From assembly GCA_951406725.2 (NCBI GenBank), contig OX597816.1:102734001-102798000 (forward strand): a stretch of 64,000 bases of DNA, written 5' to 3'. Below the pieces are notes generated by a model. It was not told the origin of the DNA and did not search any database. It saw only the letters and a list, made by a program, of their open reading frames with translations. The DNA comes from Octopus vulgaris (taxonomy: Eukaryota). Position numbers and translations under genes: made by a program. Below are positions 28,045 through 45,157 of this stretch, in pieces (position 1 is the first letter of the stretch; every line of letters begins with the position of its first letter).

Positions 28045-29048
28045 AATGATTTCTTTATTAACCACAATGAAGAAAAACATTAAGGACGGCACAGGACAAG
28101 TAAAAAAAAAAAGTGTGTGTGGATGTGTAGTTGTGAGGGTTTTGCGTGTAGAAAAGACGAGTAGAATTAAAAAAAAAAAGATCAACAATGTGTAATCCTC
28201 AATAGGGAGGAGACATTCGAGGGATGCTCATGGAAAACCCCCATAAAAACCATGACTTTTGGGGCAGGTGCCTTTTTTTCTTTCCTTTCCTCTCTCCAAC
28301 TACAGGCATATGTTCAGGGCAGGCCTGAACACTCGTACCATTCTCGCCACTTTCATCCACCTTTCGGCAAACTGACAAGAAGATAACACTTCCCTCTCTA
28401 CCTTTATTTTTCCTTTTCAAGTGAAACTTAAAGAAGTTCATCAGGGATTTGCCAAGGAGAAAAGTGTTTGTCTTCAGTCCCTTTAATCTCGTCAAGCACA
28501 CAAGTTCTTTTGGCATGGCCATCAGGCATGTAAAAGCAGCCTTTCCTTCCCAGTTAAAAGAAGGCGGCGGGGCGACCTTCAGGATGGATTCAGTTGATAG
28601 CCGGATCCGTCCCACACGCGACAGTAGGTGTTCGACATAAAGCCACAGGTCAGCAATGTTCGGGCACTGGGCGAGTGCATGCAGGACCGTCTCGTCGTCC
28701 TGAGCACATCTCGGACATGCTCGGCTGATGGCACTTCCGTACCTGCAAAGTTTATTTCGAACAGGCAAAGTTCCCCGGTAGCACTACCAGGCCAGTGTTG
28801 TTGGAAATTATCCATTGGTCCCAGCCCGAAAGTTATCCGGATAAGAGCGACTAGCCGATCTTCTTCGACGCCCAAGGTCTCCTCAAGAACGTCGTTACAC
28901 TTTTCCTCTACTAATCCTCTATGAAAAGCTAAAGTTAGCTTTTGCCTATCGCATAGTCCGATTGGCTGAGGGCTGTGAACGCTTGAAGACATTCCACTTT
29001 CCAAAAGCTCCCCCTCGGTCTTTGTTTTAACCAAGACTGCAGCTCCGT
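28045..29048 (-). pseudogene. Tx1/L1-clade LINE 3' fragment with zf-RVT
   Basis: [26 protein letters not shown] (CCHC), frameshifted; the 3' end TTGTGGTTAATAAAGAAATC runs into (ATT)n, and the 5' truncation abuts (TAA)n. Confidence 0.85.
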
Positions 29049-29064
29049 TAATAATAATAATAAT

Positions 29065-29130
<66 letters not shown>

Positions 29131-29203
29131 ATATACATATATATATATATACATATATATATACACATATATATATACACACATATATATATATATATAC
29201 ACA

Positions 29204-29321
<118 letters not shown>

Positions 29322-29373
29322 CATATATATACATATACATATACACACATATATATATATATACATACACACA

Positions 29374-29448
<75 letters not shown>

Positions 29449-29479
29449 TGTGTGTAGACATGTGCCTATACCCTTCCAT

Positions 29480-29880
29480 ATGCCCCACCTAAATAAATTT
29501 CATTTACTACTTCGTCACCATCCTTGGGGCATTACTTCCCACCATTGTTATCCATTCTTAAATAACTTTCTTTCTCTCACAAAACTCTTAATTTCTCATT
29601 TCTCTCTGTCTCTCTTTTAGTAGTAATGTGTATTGTAATCAGTATCTCCGTCTTCTCTGTTTCAACTCGAAACTTTCCTCATATTTTCTTTCTTCTTTTA
29701 GTTCCTACCGACCATCCATCAATCCATCCATCCATCCATCCATCCATATTACAGCGTCCTACACTCTAACCTTTCGATAGACACCTATCACACCTGTATT
29801 TCTCTTTCTTTCCCTTTTGACTCGCATTCACATCCGCTCTCACCTCCTTATCTCTAGGATTTTTTCACTCACACTTACAG

Positions 29881-29938
<58 letters not shown>

Positions 29939-30345
29939 ATATCTAACCTACGCCACTATCCTTCCGCACTTGCACGCATGTAATCTCAGCGAGCACAGGC
30001 ATATATACACCCAGAGAAAAAACATTATCTATGCAAGCCCCTACCCCCTGCCTATCTACCTCTAACACTCGTAGACTTGCATATACACACCCCACATCTC
30101 CTCCCATGTTAATTCATCCATTATAACCTACCTAGCTCCTAATACCTCTCTCAACTTGTATCTTTTCTCTCATCGATTTTTACTCTTTCAATCTCGTCTA
30201 TGTTTTTCCCTTTCTTCTGATGAAGGACTACTGACCGAAGCGTTAAAACTCTTCATCTTCCCTTTATATGTTAAACTGATACAGTATTTGTTAAACCTCG
30301 ACTATGCTGCTTTTTTCTCTTTTATTTTTACTCGGACCCCTTATG
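29480..30345 (+). mobile_element. Penelope-like terminal region with decayed hammerhead
   Basis: Pyrimidine-rich tract, then CTGATGA-aGGactactgaCC-GAAGC-GTT (30217-30244); flanked by (TA)n. Confidence 0.45.
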
Positions 30346-30356
30346 TAGGTATGTAT

Positions 30357-30393
<37 letters not shown>

Positions 30394-30631
30394 AAACACA
30401 AGATACAGTTTCTACAATTTGTTCCCTGAGAACGTTTCATGATTAGGGTGTTTTGCACTCTCGGTACAGAATATACCAAGTGCAGAACCACAATATTTTA
30501 TTTGAGGATCACTTTATTGCATTCCTACATTTACTTTGTTTATCGTAACCGGTAATACTACTTAAGTACAGTACAAACGCACCAGTGCATGTATGAAAAA
30601 AAAACTATGTATGTATGTACGCACGCATGCG

Positions 30632-30662
<31 letters not shown>

Positions 30663-31891
30663 ATTTATATATCGCCCGGTTTCCGTATTCTGTCCTAAAT
30701 TAGCGCTTAAAATATCTATTATCACATCTGATATGTGTATGTGTGTAACTGTTTTAACGTATGCTTTATATGGGAGTATACTGACGGAAACAGTAGGCGT
30801 AACGAATTTCCCCCCCGCCTCACCGTATATGTTTTACCAGCTTAGTTTATTAATAACCAATGAAACGAAATGTGACAGGAGGCAGCCAAGATGACGTGTT
30901 GCAAACTAGATATCAAATGGTCGCATTAACATTACGACTGCATATTTATCTAAGTAGGCGTTAACAGTGTCAGAGAGTAGTAGTCGTATAAAGAATGAGG
31001 AAGTTGTAAAGTGGGAGGAGATTTACTTTCAATTGTAACAGTAGCAGTAGTAGCAACAGTACATTTATCACGGTAATTGGTAATGACATGTCACAGAATA
31101 GCGTAATGGAGGTAGGGTGGTTAGAGTAGCATGCGCGAGGGAAGAGGAGAAAGGAAGTGATAGGTGAGTAGCAGAAGGAGGAAGTACGTGTAAAGTAGGC
31201 GGTGTTTATGCGGCAGATACAACAGCAGCAGCTGTAAATTTATCACAATAAGTGGCAAACATATCAGTGAGTAGTAGGAAGAAAGAAGAGGGTGTCAGAT
31301 GGGCGGGGCTTATATGCAGTTATAACAACCACAGCAGTAGCAGCAGTTGTACAATTGATCTGAAGTTATGTTTCACACAATTCGCGTGTGTATGTTTGTG
31401 CTAATGTGTGTGTGTGTGTGTGTGAGTGTGTATTTGTGTGTAGGTGTGTTTGTGGAGGTGTGTGGCCATATCCTTTTGATCTTTGTGGTTATATATCTTT
31501 GTATGAATAGATATGTATGTGTATGTATGTGGTGTGTATATATATATGCTTGCGCTTATGTGTAATCAGTGTGTACGCAGGTGTGTGAGTGTGCTGGGAT
31601 ACATGAGTTGTAGTGAAAGAGAGTTTACATATGCATGAATGCGTGTGGGTAAATGTATGTTTGAATGAGCATGTATGTGTTTTGATGTCTGTGGGTTGGT
31701 GCCTGCTCTCTCTCTCTCTCTCTCTCTCTCCCCCTATCTCTCTATATGTTTATTAGAGAGAGAGAGAGAGAGAAAGAGAAAGAGAGACGTGTGTGTGTGT
31801 GTGTGTAAACATATATGTGGATGTATGACCATGTGTATATGTGAACTTTCATCGTACGTATATGCTTGTATTCGTATGTATGTATACGTGT

Positions 31892-31952
<61 letters not shown>

Positions 31953-32403
31953 CGGGTACACATATGTACGCGCGCGTACATACACACGCGGATCACATGC
32001 ACAGTCACAATACATATCCTTATGTATGTATATATGCATGCAGCCATGCATGTATGTATGTATATATGTATGTATGTGTGTATGTATGTATGTGTATGTG
32101 CGCATACAATATCCAGAGTTTCGTTTGATCGTCCTCCCCTTATATTTTCTCTCTCATCCACATTCGCCCAGACTCTCTCTCTATTTCTCCTTTCTTTTCC
32201 CCCCGGTCTCTCCTCCCGCCACACATTTCCTCACCCTTTCCTCAGTATCTGCACTATCTTTTTCACTCTCCTTCTTTTCTTTTCTCTTCTCCCACATAGA
32301 ATCTTACTCTTTTTTTAAAGTTTCTTTTTATTGGAAGGAAGCTCCCTCCTTCTTCGTTCGTTCGTTCGTTCGCTCGCTCGCTCGCTCCTTCTTCTTCTCC
32401 CTT

Positions 32404-32463
<60 letters not shown>

Positions 32464-32780
32464 GTTGCTTTCCCCTTCTTCCTCTTATTTTTCTTTTCTT
32501 TTTGTTTCTTACTTTCCTCTTCTGTCTCTTGTTGTTGCTGTTGAATTTGATCCTCCACCTCTTCCTCCGCCTCCACCTCCTCATCATGGTTATCTTCCTT
32601 TTCTCTTTTATCATTTTCATTCTTCTTTCTTCCTTTCTTTCGTTTGTTTTTGCTTCTTCTTTTTTCCTTTTCTCAGTTCATCCTCTTATATATTTCATGA
32701 CTTCTCACTTATTGCTATTTCTCCCCCCCCCCCCCACTCTTGTACTCTTCCCACACTCACCATGCACTTTACTCCCTCAC

Positions 32781-32832
<52 letters not shown>

Positions 32833-33273
32833 TTTATTCTCACATGGTGCATTGTCTTTTCCTATCAATCTCCCAGTATCCCTTCCTCTAATCGCCTTCA
32901 TTTCATTTAAACATCCATTTCTCCTCTTTTTCAGCCTCCTTGACTCGTTGACGTTGCTAAAATCTCACCAATCGTCTTGAAAAAGGAAGTACGATACATA
33001 AGATAGCGTAGTCCTGGATATACTATGCCATAATAAAAGATGGGCTGATAAAAGGCCTGAAATATTTCAACTGGGATCACTCTCTCTCTCTATCTGTCTG
33101 GATGACTGTGTGTGTGTGTGTATATATATATATGAGATAGAGAAAGGGAGAGAGACCTGTGTGTGTAAATATATGTATGGATGTATGAGTATGTGTATTG
33201 TGAGCTTATAACGTGTGTATATATATATGTGTGTATGTGCGTGTTTAAATAGATATATGTCCCCGTCTGTCTG

Positions 33274-33321
<48 letters not shown>

Positions 33322-33646
33322 CCTACCTACCTACCTACCTACTTGCATATCTATCTTCTTATCTATCTCATATGTCTCCTATCTCTTTCACTTCAACTAC
33401 TGTTACTATCACACTGCCTTCACAAGGCCCACACCACCCTCTCTGACTTCAAAGGACCATCTCCCCGTCACCGCTACACTCTATTTCTCTCTACATAATC
33501 CATGTATATCCTTCATGCTTACACTGCACAAATTTCTTATTTCCCACGTTCTCTCTTAAACAGTTTCGCGAGTAAAGCGATGCATATACAAATGCATACA
33601 CATACACAAACACATTCACATACGTTGATATATATTCACATGCGCA

Positions 33647-33679
<33 letters not shown>

Positions 33680-33714
33680 ACATATATACACGCGCGCACG
33701 CACACACACATACA

Positions 33715-33945
33715 TTAGTTTCAAATTTTGGCACGAAGCAAGCAAATTCGAGGAACTCAGTACTCAACTGATACTTGTATGTGATACAACTGATACTTGT
33801 ACTGATACACACATACATATCGATCCTCGACTGGATGAAAGGCAAAGTCGACCTCTGCGGAATTTGAACTCAGAACGTAAAAACGGACGAAATACTGCAA
33901 AGCATTTTACTCGGCGCGCTCACGGCTTTGCCAACTCGCCGCTTT
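33715..33945 (-). mobile_element. SINE family A copy
   Basis: GGATGAAAGGCAAAGTCGACCTCTGCGGAATTTGAACTCAGAACG. Confidence 0.8.
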
Positions 33946-34034
33946 ATGCACATATATATATGAATAGGAATTTAAATTAATGTATGTATGGACTCAGACA
34001 AACACATATATTGTAAATATTACATGAATAAAAG

Positions 34035-34066
<32 letters not shown>

Positions 34067-35031
34067 TGTATGCATGTATGTATGCGTTTACAAACACGTG
34101 CGGACACCTACACGCATGCACACACACACACCTACACGCATGCACACACACACATACACACATACACATGCGCACACACATTGAATGTAGCCTAAAATAC
34201 TGACTGTTATTTGGTTTCATACTTGAATATATTTAAGCAATCAACGGATGATATTATAACAAGCTAATTCACGTAAGGTAGAACGATCATACGTAAACTG
34301 TAGACTGTCAGATGCAGCTTATTGCAAGGGGACACAACTCAAATTAAATATACGTACACATATATATTCAGGTTGTGGCATGTGTGAGGTAAGGCAAATG
34401 TAGAATTGATAAAGTTTCTGCATTTATATAAAAGAATGGAGGTATGAATTGTAGGATTACAAACAAGAATAAGTAAGAAAGAATATGCGATAAATGAATC
34501 AGAAAAATTGCAGAAATATGGAAAAAAGCCAAGAATGTTAGCTGAAATATTGTTAAGTCAGCTAAAAATAAATATTTAAGGGCTGTGGAAATAACTAGTA
34601 AATGTTGATTGAAAACAAGAAATAGTAGCCAAAGCTGACATAGTGAAGACAGCACATATCTGCTCGTTATAAGTATATCTGTTTAAACAGATTGGTGCTG
34701 TAAATGTCCAGAATTTAAGCAGGTATTTCTCGAAGTGGCAACACTCCACGAAAATATTAAGTAATTTACAGAAAATGTTAGGTTTGTCTATATTTGTCAG
34801 CTGTACATGTTTTGCATCTTTTTGTGCTGCTGGTAGAGTGTGTGCTTCATTCTGGATGGTACTTTTTGTGTGTAAACGACAGTAGTTTGGCCAAATTGTA
34901 TTCTGGTTTTCAAAAGTAACTGAGTGGTGTTTCTCAGGCAATAACTAGCACATGCAATAGCTAACATTTAACCGGATACAGTTCATATAATCCCTTCTGT
35001 TTTACATGAAAGCATGTTATCACAGCGTGTG

Positions 35032-35090
<59 letters not shown>

Positions 35091-35099
35091 ATGTGTGGC

Positions 35100-35293
35100 A
35101 TAGAGTTGCAGGAGATTCCGAGGTCGTCTGGAGGCCGTGGTTGAAGCCAATGGGGATTTTATTGAATAAATCTACTCTTTAATATTTCAAGATATTTTTT
35201 ATGCAGTTTTGGTAAATATATCTGTTAAAATGAGATAACAATGTTATTTTGAATTTTGCGAAATTTAAACCACAATTTATTAACCGCACCCTG
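35100..35293 (+). mobile_element. Tc1/mariner-superfamily 3' end
   Basis: SCRRFRGRLEAVVEANGDFIE* (35104-35169), a typical transposase C-terminus; ends CACCCTG|TA. Related scraps at 35640-35715 (-) and 35810-35838. Confidence 0.7.
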
Positions 35294-35839
35294 TATATTA
35301 TAATGAAAAGGTGGTTCACTTGTTCGTAAAAATGGAATATTCATGGACGAAAGCGACGGCGATCCATTTCAGTAACCACACACACACACGTACATGCACA
35401 CGCATAGATGTGGGTATACATACATTTGTATTACACATACATACAAATGTATGTATCTGTATAGATATGTGAATATATGTACACATACACATACACGCAA
35501 GCACATAGATACAGAGTGCAGTACATAAACTGTCGTCCAAATTATGCAAAACTGAAAATAACCCTGACATCCCAATTTAAAAGATATATTTACCAAAAAT
35601 TACATAAAAATATTTTGTAATACTAAAGAGTAAATTTATTCAATAAAATCACCATTGGTCTCAAATCCATTGGCTTCAACCAATTCCTGCAACTCTTTGA
35701 GGCGGTCTCCTTGTATTTCTCACGGACGGTGCTCAACTGACCCTACTATACTGTGTAGTCGACACAATAAAAAAACAAACAATGCTAATGCACGAAATAA
35801 AAAGCATAAAATGGCGACAAGTTACCTATCGAACCCTGT

Positions 35840-35970
35840 ATATACATATACATATAATGTATATCGATATATATATATATATATATTTATATATACATAC
35901 ATATATATAAATATATATATATACATATATATGCACATATATATATACAAATATATAGATATGTATGTAC

Positions 35971-36001
<31 letters not shown>

Positions 36002-36399
36002 TATACATATATATATATATACATATATATACCATCTATATATACATATATATATACATACATATATACATATATATGTATACATATATATACATACATA
36101 TATATATATATGAAAATATATATATACGTATATACATATACATATATATATATGAAAATATATATATATATACATATATATATTTATATATATATATTAT
36201 ATGTATGTAAATACATCAATACGTGTACATGTATGTATACATGTACATTTATGTACACACATGAATGTATATATATACATGTATAATTGTATTTGCATAT
36301 ATATGTATATGTATGTGTGCATATGCACATACATACATGCATGCATACATACATAGATACATATATATATATACATACACACACACATACACACACACA

Positions 36400-36437
<38 letters not shown>

Positions 36438-36948
36438 AATATATATGTATATTCAAATAGATGAATGTTTTGATAGATTCTAATAAGTTTTCCCATTTAG
36501 TGGAATTTAGCATTCATAACAAGATCAAATGCTTGGGTAGGTGTATATATTATACATCCAATATAGAAAGATATTAATATAGATAATATAGGATGATACA
36601 GATAATATCAAATAAAATAATATGCAAGAATTTAGTTACTATACATTTCTGGAAGTAATTTTCGAAAATGTAGATGTTATACATAGATGTAAAAATGTTA
36701 ACCAATATTATAGATAATATCCGATAATGCTAATAGTAATATCTAATACTGTCGCTTATATGACGCTAGGCACCTCTTGTTGAGATTTATAAATGTTTAA
36801 AACAAATTTTTTCCTTTGAAATACAGACTCCTCCACACACACACTTGCACTAATACATATAAGCACAGACACTGAGCAACATTCATACTCACATTCTCAC
36901 GCGCACACACGCACGTATGTATATATATATATATATATGAGTACGTAC

Positions 36949-36993
<45 letters not shown>

Positions 36994-37181
36994 CATACAC
37001 ATATATATATACACACATATATATATATATATATATCCATATATATTCATATATATATATATATACACACATATACATATAAATATATATATATATATCC
37101 ATTTATATTCATATATACATATATATATATATATACACACATATAAACTTATATATATATATATCTATATATATATCTATC

Positions 37182-37249
<68 letters not shown>

Positions 37250-37276
37250 TATACATCTATCTATATATATATTTAT

Positions 37277-37309
<33 letters not shown>

Positions 37310-37449
37310 CACATATACATAGATATATATATACATATACATATATACATAAACATACATACATACATATTATATATGACGCACACGCTTATATAAAAAT
37401 GTATATATACATGTATTTATGCATAGTTCGTCATATATATATATGTATG

Positions 37450-37483
<34 letters not shown>

Positions 37484-38031
37484 CATATATATATGTATAT
37501 ATATATATACATATACATACATATGTACATTTATGCATACACGCATGCATACGCACATACATATGGAAGTACGGATACATGCACTCTCTCTCTCTTTCGC
37601 GCACACATACGCACACATACACACACATACACACATACGCACACATACACACATATGCACTTTATTTAATACAGTATGTAAAGTATACACGCACTGTATA
37701 TACTCTTTTATTCTTTTTTTGTCTCTGTTATTTGACTGCAGTCATGCTGGTTGCCTTTAGTCGAACAAATCGACCCCAGGACTAATTCTTTGTAAGGCCT
37801 CGTACTTATTCTATAGGTTTCTTTTGCCAAACAGCTAAGTAACGGGTACGTAACATCTATACGTATGCATGTGCATATACATGCATATATACATATATGT
37901 GTGTATATATGTATGTATATACGTATATATATATATATATATACATATATACACACATATATATATATGTACATATACATATAGCTACACACACCCATAC
38001 ATATATATATGTATATATATAGATATATATT

Positions 38032-38077
<46 letters not shown>

Positions 38078-38219
38078 CATGAATACATAAATAAACATAT
38101 ATATATATATATACATATACATGAATACATAAATATACATATATATATATACACATACATGAATACATAAATATACATATATATATATACACATACATGA
38201 CTACATAAATATATATATA

Positions 38220-38257
<38 letters not shown>

Positions 38258-38540
38258 TACTATATATATATATACATATATACATATATGTATATATATA
38301 TATATATATATATACATATATGTATATATATATATATACACACACATATATATATATATATATACATACATACTTACATATATATATATATACATGTATA
38401 TATATATATATGTTATATATATATATTACACACACACACACATATATATATGTGTGTGTGTATATATATATATGTGTGTGTGTGTGTAATATATATATAT
38501 AACAAATATATATATATATGTGTAATATATATATATAACA

Positions 38541-38609
<69 letters not shown>

Positions 38610-39009
38610 GTTAATAAAATAGAACATATGCATATATATAAACATATATGTACGTACCTACCTCTACATGTACATATACACGCATATATGTGTACAGGAC
38701 ACCAAAAAGACGTCGAACACATAGAGAGACGAAAAACATAGACACAAACCAAGGAACAAGACAAGCAAAAAAAAAGAGAGATACAGGACAATAAGCACAA
38801 CGAAAAATCCCCTTCTTCAGTCGCTAAGGTTTCATCTACTAAACGTTTCGAAGGATAAAAGCGAGACGTATACTTCGAAGAAAACTTCCTTCCTGCGAAA
38901 AGCAAATCAATTAAAATTCTGAGATCTTTTCGCAGAGGGGTAAAAAAAGCAAGACGGTAACGACAGTACAAACATATAAACAGTAAATATATATATATAC
39001 ATATATATG

Positions 39010-39042
<33 letters not shown>

Positions 39043-39142
39043 ATATATACATATACACATATATATATACATATATATATACATATACATATATACATAT
39101 ATACATATATATATATATACATATACATATATATACATATAC

Positions 39143-39225
<83 letters not shown>

Positions 39226-39245
39226 CATATACGTATACATATATA
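35840..39245. repeat. Compound (TA/CA/TATG) microsatellite field containing SINE-B (37705-37855, -) and family-P (38690-38985) fragments
   Basis: Directly visible. Confidence 0.9.
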
Positions 39246-39826
39246 TACTTTGATACTTTGATACTTTGATACTTTCGGCCATTATTGGCCCAGGCCATGT
39301 CTAACTTAATAGCACCACCTGGTAAAGTCTTTCAAGTCAGAATTTGGGCACTATGGCCCACTCAAGTAGAGAGTTATTGTTTACAGAGACATATCCGGGT
39401 GTAGGGGGTTTATCCGGGATTTCTTGAAGGAATCTGTCCAGAGACTTCTTGAACCCTATAGGGTCAGTTTCTGATTTAATGTGTTTTGGTGTAATGTTAA
39501 AGAGAGCGGGGCCAATTGAGGTGAAATAATTGTGCCGTATTGTTGTTATGAGATGAGAGTGCGATTTTTGTTTTGGGCGGATGGCACGGGGCCCAAGCCT
39601 TGGATGTACCTTAAAGGTGATGCCAACATCATTTGGGTAATGCTGATGGAATATTTTCCACATCATGCAGATGATGTAGCGCTCACGACGACGTTGGAGA
39701 GAATAAAGCTTTAGCTTTTCTAGTCGACCCCAATAGTCGAGGCCTGTCATGCCATCTATCTTTTTTGTGATTGCCCTTTGAGGTGCTTCAACTTTTATGA
39801 TAACTTTTATTGTGTGGGGAGACCAC
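39246..39826 (-). mobile_element. CR1-clade LINE 3' fragment (uninterrupted ORF2 C-terminus, (TATCAAAG)n tail)
   Basis: [54 protein letters not shown]; short tandem-repeat tail typical of the CR1 group. Confidence 0.9.
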
Positions 39827-40798
<972 letters not shown>

Positions 40799-40806
40799 AT
40801 ATATAT

Positions 40807-40924
<118 letters not shown>

Positions 40925-41031
40925 TTATATATATACTAAGTAATTAAGCTTTTGGGGCTTTTACATACCGAAATCTACTTGGTGTAATTGATAATTATCC
41001 CTAATTAATTAATTTCACCCTTTTATTATTA

Positions 41032-41101
<70 letters not shown>

Positions 41102-41134
41102 CATTGGCCAAATACCTTTCTAAGTTATTCTAAG

Positions 41135-41185
<51 letters not shown>

Positions 41186-41604
41186 CTCTCTGCACGATGC
41201 CTACTGAACCACAGGCCAGAGCTCCAGAAAACAATACAGCAAACATTACACAAACTAAAGTGTGGTTGCTCTCTCCGACTGAGAAATGGTAGCTAAATCT
41301 CCTTGAAATGACGCATTCTTTTTTAAAAACGATGGACACTTCCTTTAAAATAGTTTTAGATACATCCTATATGTATGCCTAATCCAAGACACACAACACG
41401 TCCCGAAAGAATATTTTAAAGAATTTCCTAGCTTACGTTAATAAATGTTTTGTTCTTATTTTCTCATGTATTCTATTTGAATCATTTGCTGTTTAAAAAA
41501 ATTATGCTTTTAAAATATGTTCATATGTTCAATATGTACTCTGAACTAAATTTGAAGTTTATTTTTCACTTAATTTCTTAAAAATCCAACATAAGACGTA
41601 AAGT

Positions 41605-41905
41605 CAAAAGCACGTAATTCGAATCTACCTAATTTGAAGTACGTCTGCATTTGTGAAAAATGTTTAGAATTGGTCATGGCTGGAATGCATTTAATCATAA
41701 ATAGGTCTCCCCGCTGCATTATAATACACATGCACATAGTCTGTTCAGTAGCCAAATCAAAATCACGTAACTCGAATCAACGCAAGTTACAGTAAGACTG
41801 TATTTGTGAAAATTGTTCAGAGTTGGTCATGGCTGGAATGCATTTGTTTATGTATAAGTTTCTCACGGCATTATGATACATATACACATTGTCTATTCAG
41901 AAATA
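41605..41905. repeat. Diverged tandem duplication, ~152-bp period
   Basis: CACGTAA.TCGAATC...ATTTGTGAAAA.TGTT.AGA.TTGGTCATGGCTGGAATGCATTT occurs twice. Confidence 0.8.
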
Positions 41906-42494
41906 GTTTATGTAACAAGAAAATACATGACTGAATAAATAAAGAAAGAAATAAAATAAAGAAAAATGGCGGCCTGAATCAGTGCAGATGACACGTGACA
42001 TGATGTTTCCCTCGTGAAATCACATTAACTATTAATGAGTGATCTGTAACTATCAGAGTAGTATTTTACCTTATATGTCAGGGGCACGTGAATTGCTGAT
42101 GTATTACAAGATAGTTATGACCACAATCTGAATGTGTGTGTTTATCTGCGACTGCATGCGTAGGTGTGTGTATGTATGTGTGTATGTATGTATGTATGTA
42201 TGTGTATGTATGTATGTATGTATGTATGTATGTATGTATGTATACATGTATGCATGTGGGTGAATGTACGTATCTGCATGCACACTCTTGTGTGTGTGTA
42301 CGTGTGTGTGTGTGTGTGCGTGTGTGAGTGTGTAGCTAGACGTATGAATCTCTAAAGTGGACATACGTGCACATGTAATGTGTCTTTATCTTTGTGCGCT
42401 TGTGTGATTGCGTGAATGGGTGTGTTTGCAATTGCGTGCGTGCTCTTTCAAACACACACACACAAACACATGCACACGCACGCACACACGCAGG

Positions 42495-42563
<69 letters not shown>

Positions 42564-42711
42564 GACAATACTAGTGAAAATATTACAAAGGGAATAACAA
42601 ATAGCAATATAATTAGGCAATACACTACGTTTACCTACTCGCACGCACTTATGCTGACATATATACATATACATACATACGTACATACATATATATATAT
42701 ACACACACATG

Positions 42712-42749
<38 letters not shown>

Positions 42750-42838
42750 TATATACATGCATTTCCAATGATATATAATACATGCACATACGTAGATAAA
42801 TATACTTATACATACATACATACATATGTATATATATT

Positions 42839-42895
<57 letters not shown>

Positions 42896-42941
42896 GTATA
42901 CATATGTATATATATATATATATATATAAATATATATATAT

Positions 42942-42987
<46 letters not shown>

Positions 42988-43111
42988 CATACTTAAAAAA
43001 ATATATATATATATATATACATATGTATATGTTCATAAAGGTATTTTTTAGTCATGCTAATTTATGCATATGTATGTATAAATATAGATATATATATCCT
43101 TCTTATTCTTC

Positions 43112-43177
<66 letters not shown>

Positions 43178-43209
43178 CATTATTATTATCATCATTATAT
43201 AGAAGTCTA

Positions 43210-43372
43210 GGGCGGCGAACAGGCAGAACCATTGGTAGGTCGGACAACATCCTTAGCGGTATTTCGTCTGATTTTACGTTCTGATTTCGAATGCCGCCGA
43301 GGTCGACTTTGGCGTTTATCATTTTTGGATCGATGAAATAAGTACTAGATGTAATCTACCAGCCACCTCCCT
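43210..43372 (+). mobile_element. SINE family A copy adjacent to (ATT)n
   Basis: GGGCGGCGAACAGGCAGAA...GCCGAGGTCGACTTTG. Confidence 0.75.
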
Positions 43373-43808
43373 GTATACACACACACACACACACACACAC
43401 ATATGTGTGTGTACGCTCGAAGCGTAAAAGACTTTCAAACCTTCCCGAGCGTCACACTAATACACCTGCTTGTTGTTTATACGCCTGTCTTCGTCTTTTG
43501 TTTTTCTATAAATTTCAACTATATATATACATAGATAGATGTAGAGATACACACACATATGCATGTATTCATAAATATAAGGGACCCAACAACTATGACT
43601 AAAACATACCAATTTATATCTATTTATACTATTTATTATATATGTGTGTGTAACTAGTTTTATATACCTACTTATATATACCTATATAGACCTACTTACA
43701 TACCTATATATAGACATGTACACACACACATGTATACATACATACATATACACACACACACATATATACATACATACATATATACATACACACATACACA
43801 TACATACA

Positions 43809-43844
<36 letters not shown>

Positions 43845-43890
43845 CATATATATATGCATATAAATATACGTATATGTATATATGTATATA

Positions 43891-43943
<53 letters not shown>

Positions 43944-43981
43944 GTACATATGTATTTATATATATAGGTATATATATAGAA

Positions 43982-44023
<42 letters not shown>

Positions 44024-44082
44024 TATATATATAAGTATACATAGGTATATATATTCATATACATACAAACATACATACATTC

Positions 44083-44120
<38 letters not shown>

Positions 44121-44611
44121 TATAGTTGCAGTTGCACAAATATTTCAAAACATGTTAATTTGAGTTTTGACACGTACATCGCTAGAACTTAGTAGCATTC
44201 ACAAGCATTATTCGTTACATAAACGAATGTGAGTGTGTATGCGTGTGTGCTTCATAGTTTGAATTTCTTTGGATGCCTGTATATATATATGTACGTGTTT
44301 ATATATGCATTGTATATGTATTCTTATCCATCTATATGTGACGTTGTGTGTGAGCATAGTCTTGCGTCTAAATAATTGTTATTTTTCAGGCAAATTAACT
44401 GGCACGTTGATAAAGAAATATATATTTATACAGACTGACAGATGCATAGATACACAGTTCAAAAAGTGACAGGAAAATTAAAACAATGAAGAAAATGAAG
44501 AAGAAGAAGAAGAAGAAGAGAGTGAGAAAGATAGAGAGAGTGAGAGAGAGAGAGAGAGAAAACAGAGCAAGATTATTTTACGGAGATGAAGACATATATA
44601 GACATACATAC

Positions 44612-44719
44612 CATTGTTAGCCGTAAAACCTGCGATAGCCACTAGTTTACCAAGGTTTAGTAGTGATGCGAAGACAGTCATACCATTGAGGGGGTTCTGT
44701 GGGAAGACAGAAAATCCAT
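44612..44719 (-). CDS. Candidate 108-bp phase 1-1 exon (DGFSVFPQNPLNGMTVFASLLNLGKLVAIAGFTANN), unknown protein
   Basis: Acceptor TGCTCTTCTTTACAG|, donor ATG|GTATGT; length divisible by 3; exactly one open frame; non-repetitive sequence. Confidence 0.45.
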
Positions 44720-45113
44720 CTGTAAAGAAGAGCAGTCCAGCAGAATAGAAGCTTTGAGTTGCAGAGTTACGAAACTGGTTTCGTCTGGGCAGACGACCAG
44801 CAGGCTTGTGGCTGAGTTATTCAAGCGGATGTCACGTGAACACATGTCTCATATTACGTGTGCGTAATATAGCGCGTTGTGGGTTTTGTGCTGTGTGTGG
44901 CTTTGCATGTGTGCAATCTATCTTACATGCATGCATGCATCCATTTTCCCATCCGTGCATATAGACATGCATGCATGCATCCATCTATTTATCAAGTCAG
45001 CCAGCCAGCCATCAATTCGTACATACATGCGTACATACAGATATGTACGTAAATTGAGTTAAGAATGTTGTGAGCAAGAAATGTAATAATAATAATTAAT
45101 GAGATTTAATTAC

Positions 45114-45157
45114 CTGCGGAAAGAAATTGAATAACGAAGCGGCAATAATAAGTGATT
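45114..45157 (-). CDS. Candidate 44-bp exon upstream of 44719
   Basis: Acceptor TCTCCCTTTTTCTTTTTAG|, donor CAG|GTAATT; joins the next candidate in an open frame (ITYYCRFVIQFLSAD). Confidence 0.3.

Noticed and set aside
31675-32980. 289/186/171-aa low-complexity ORFs
   Set aside because: Simple repeats and a pyrimidine-rich tract.
34368-34941. 121-aa and 95-aa minus-strand ORFs
   Set aside because: No recognisable motif; possibly an old LINE tail, but not supportable.
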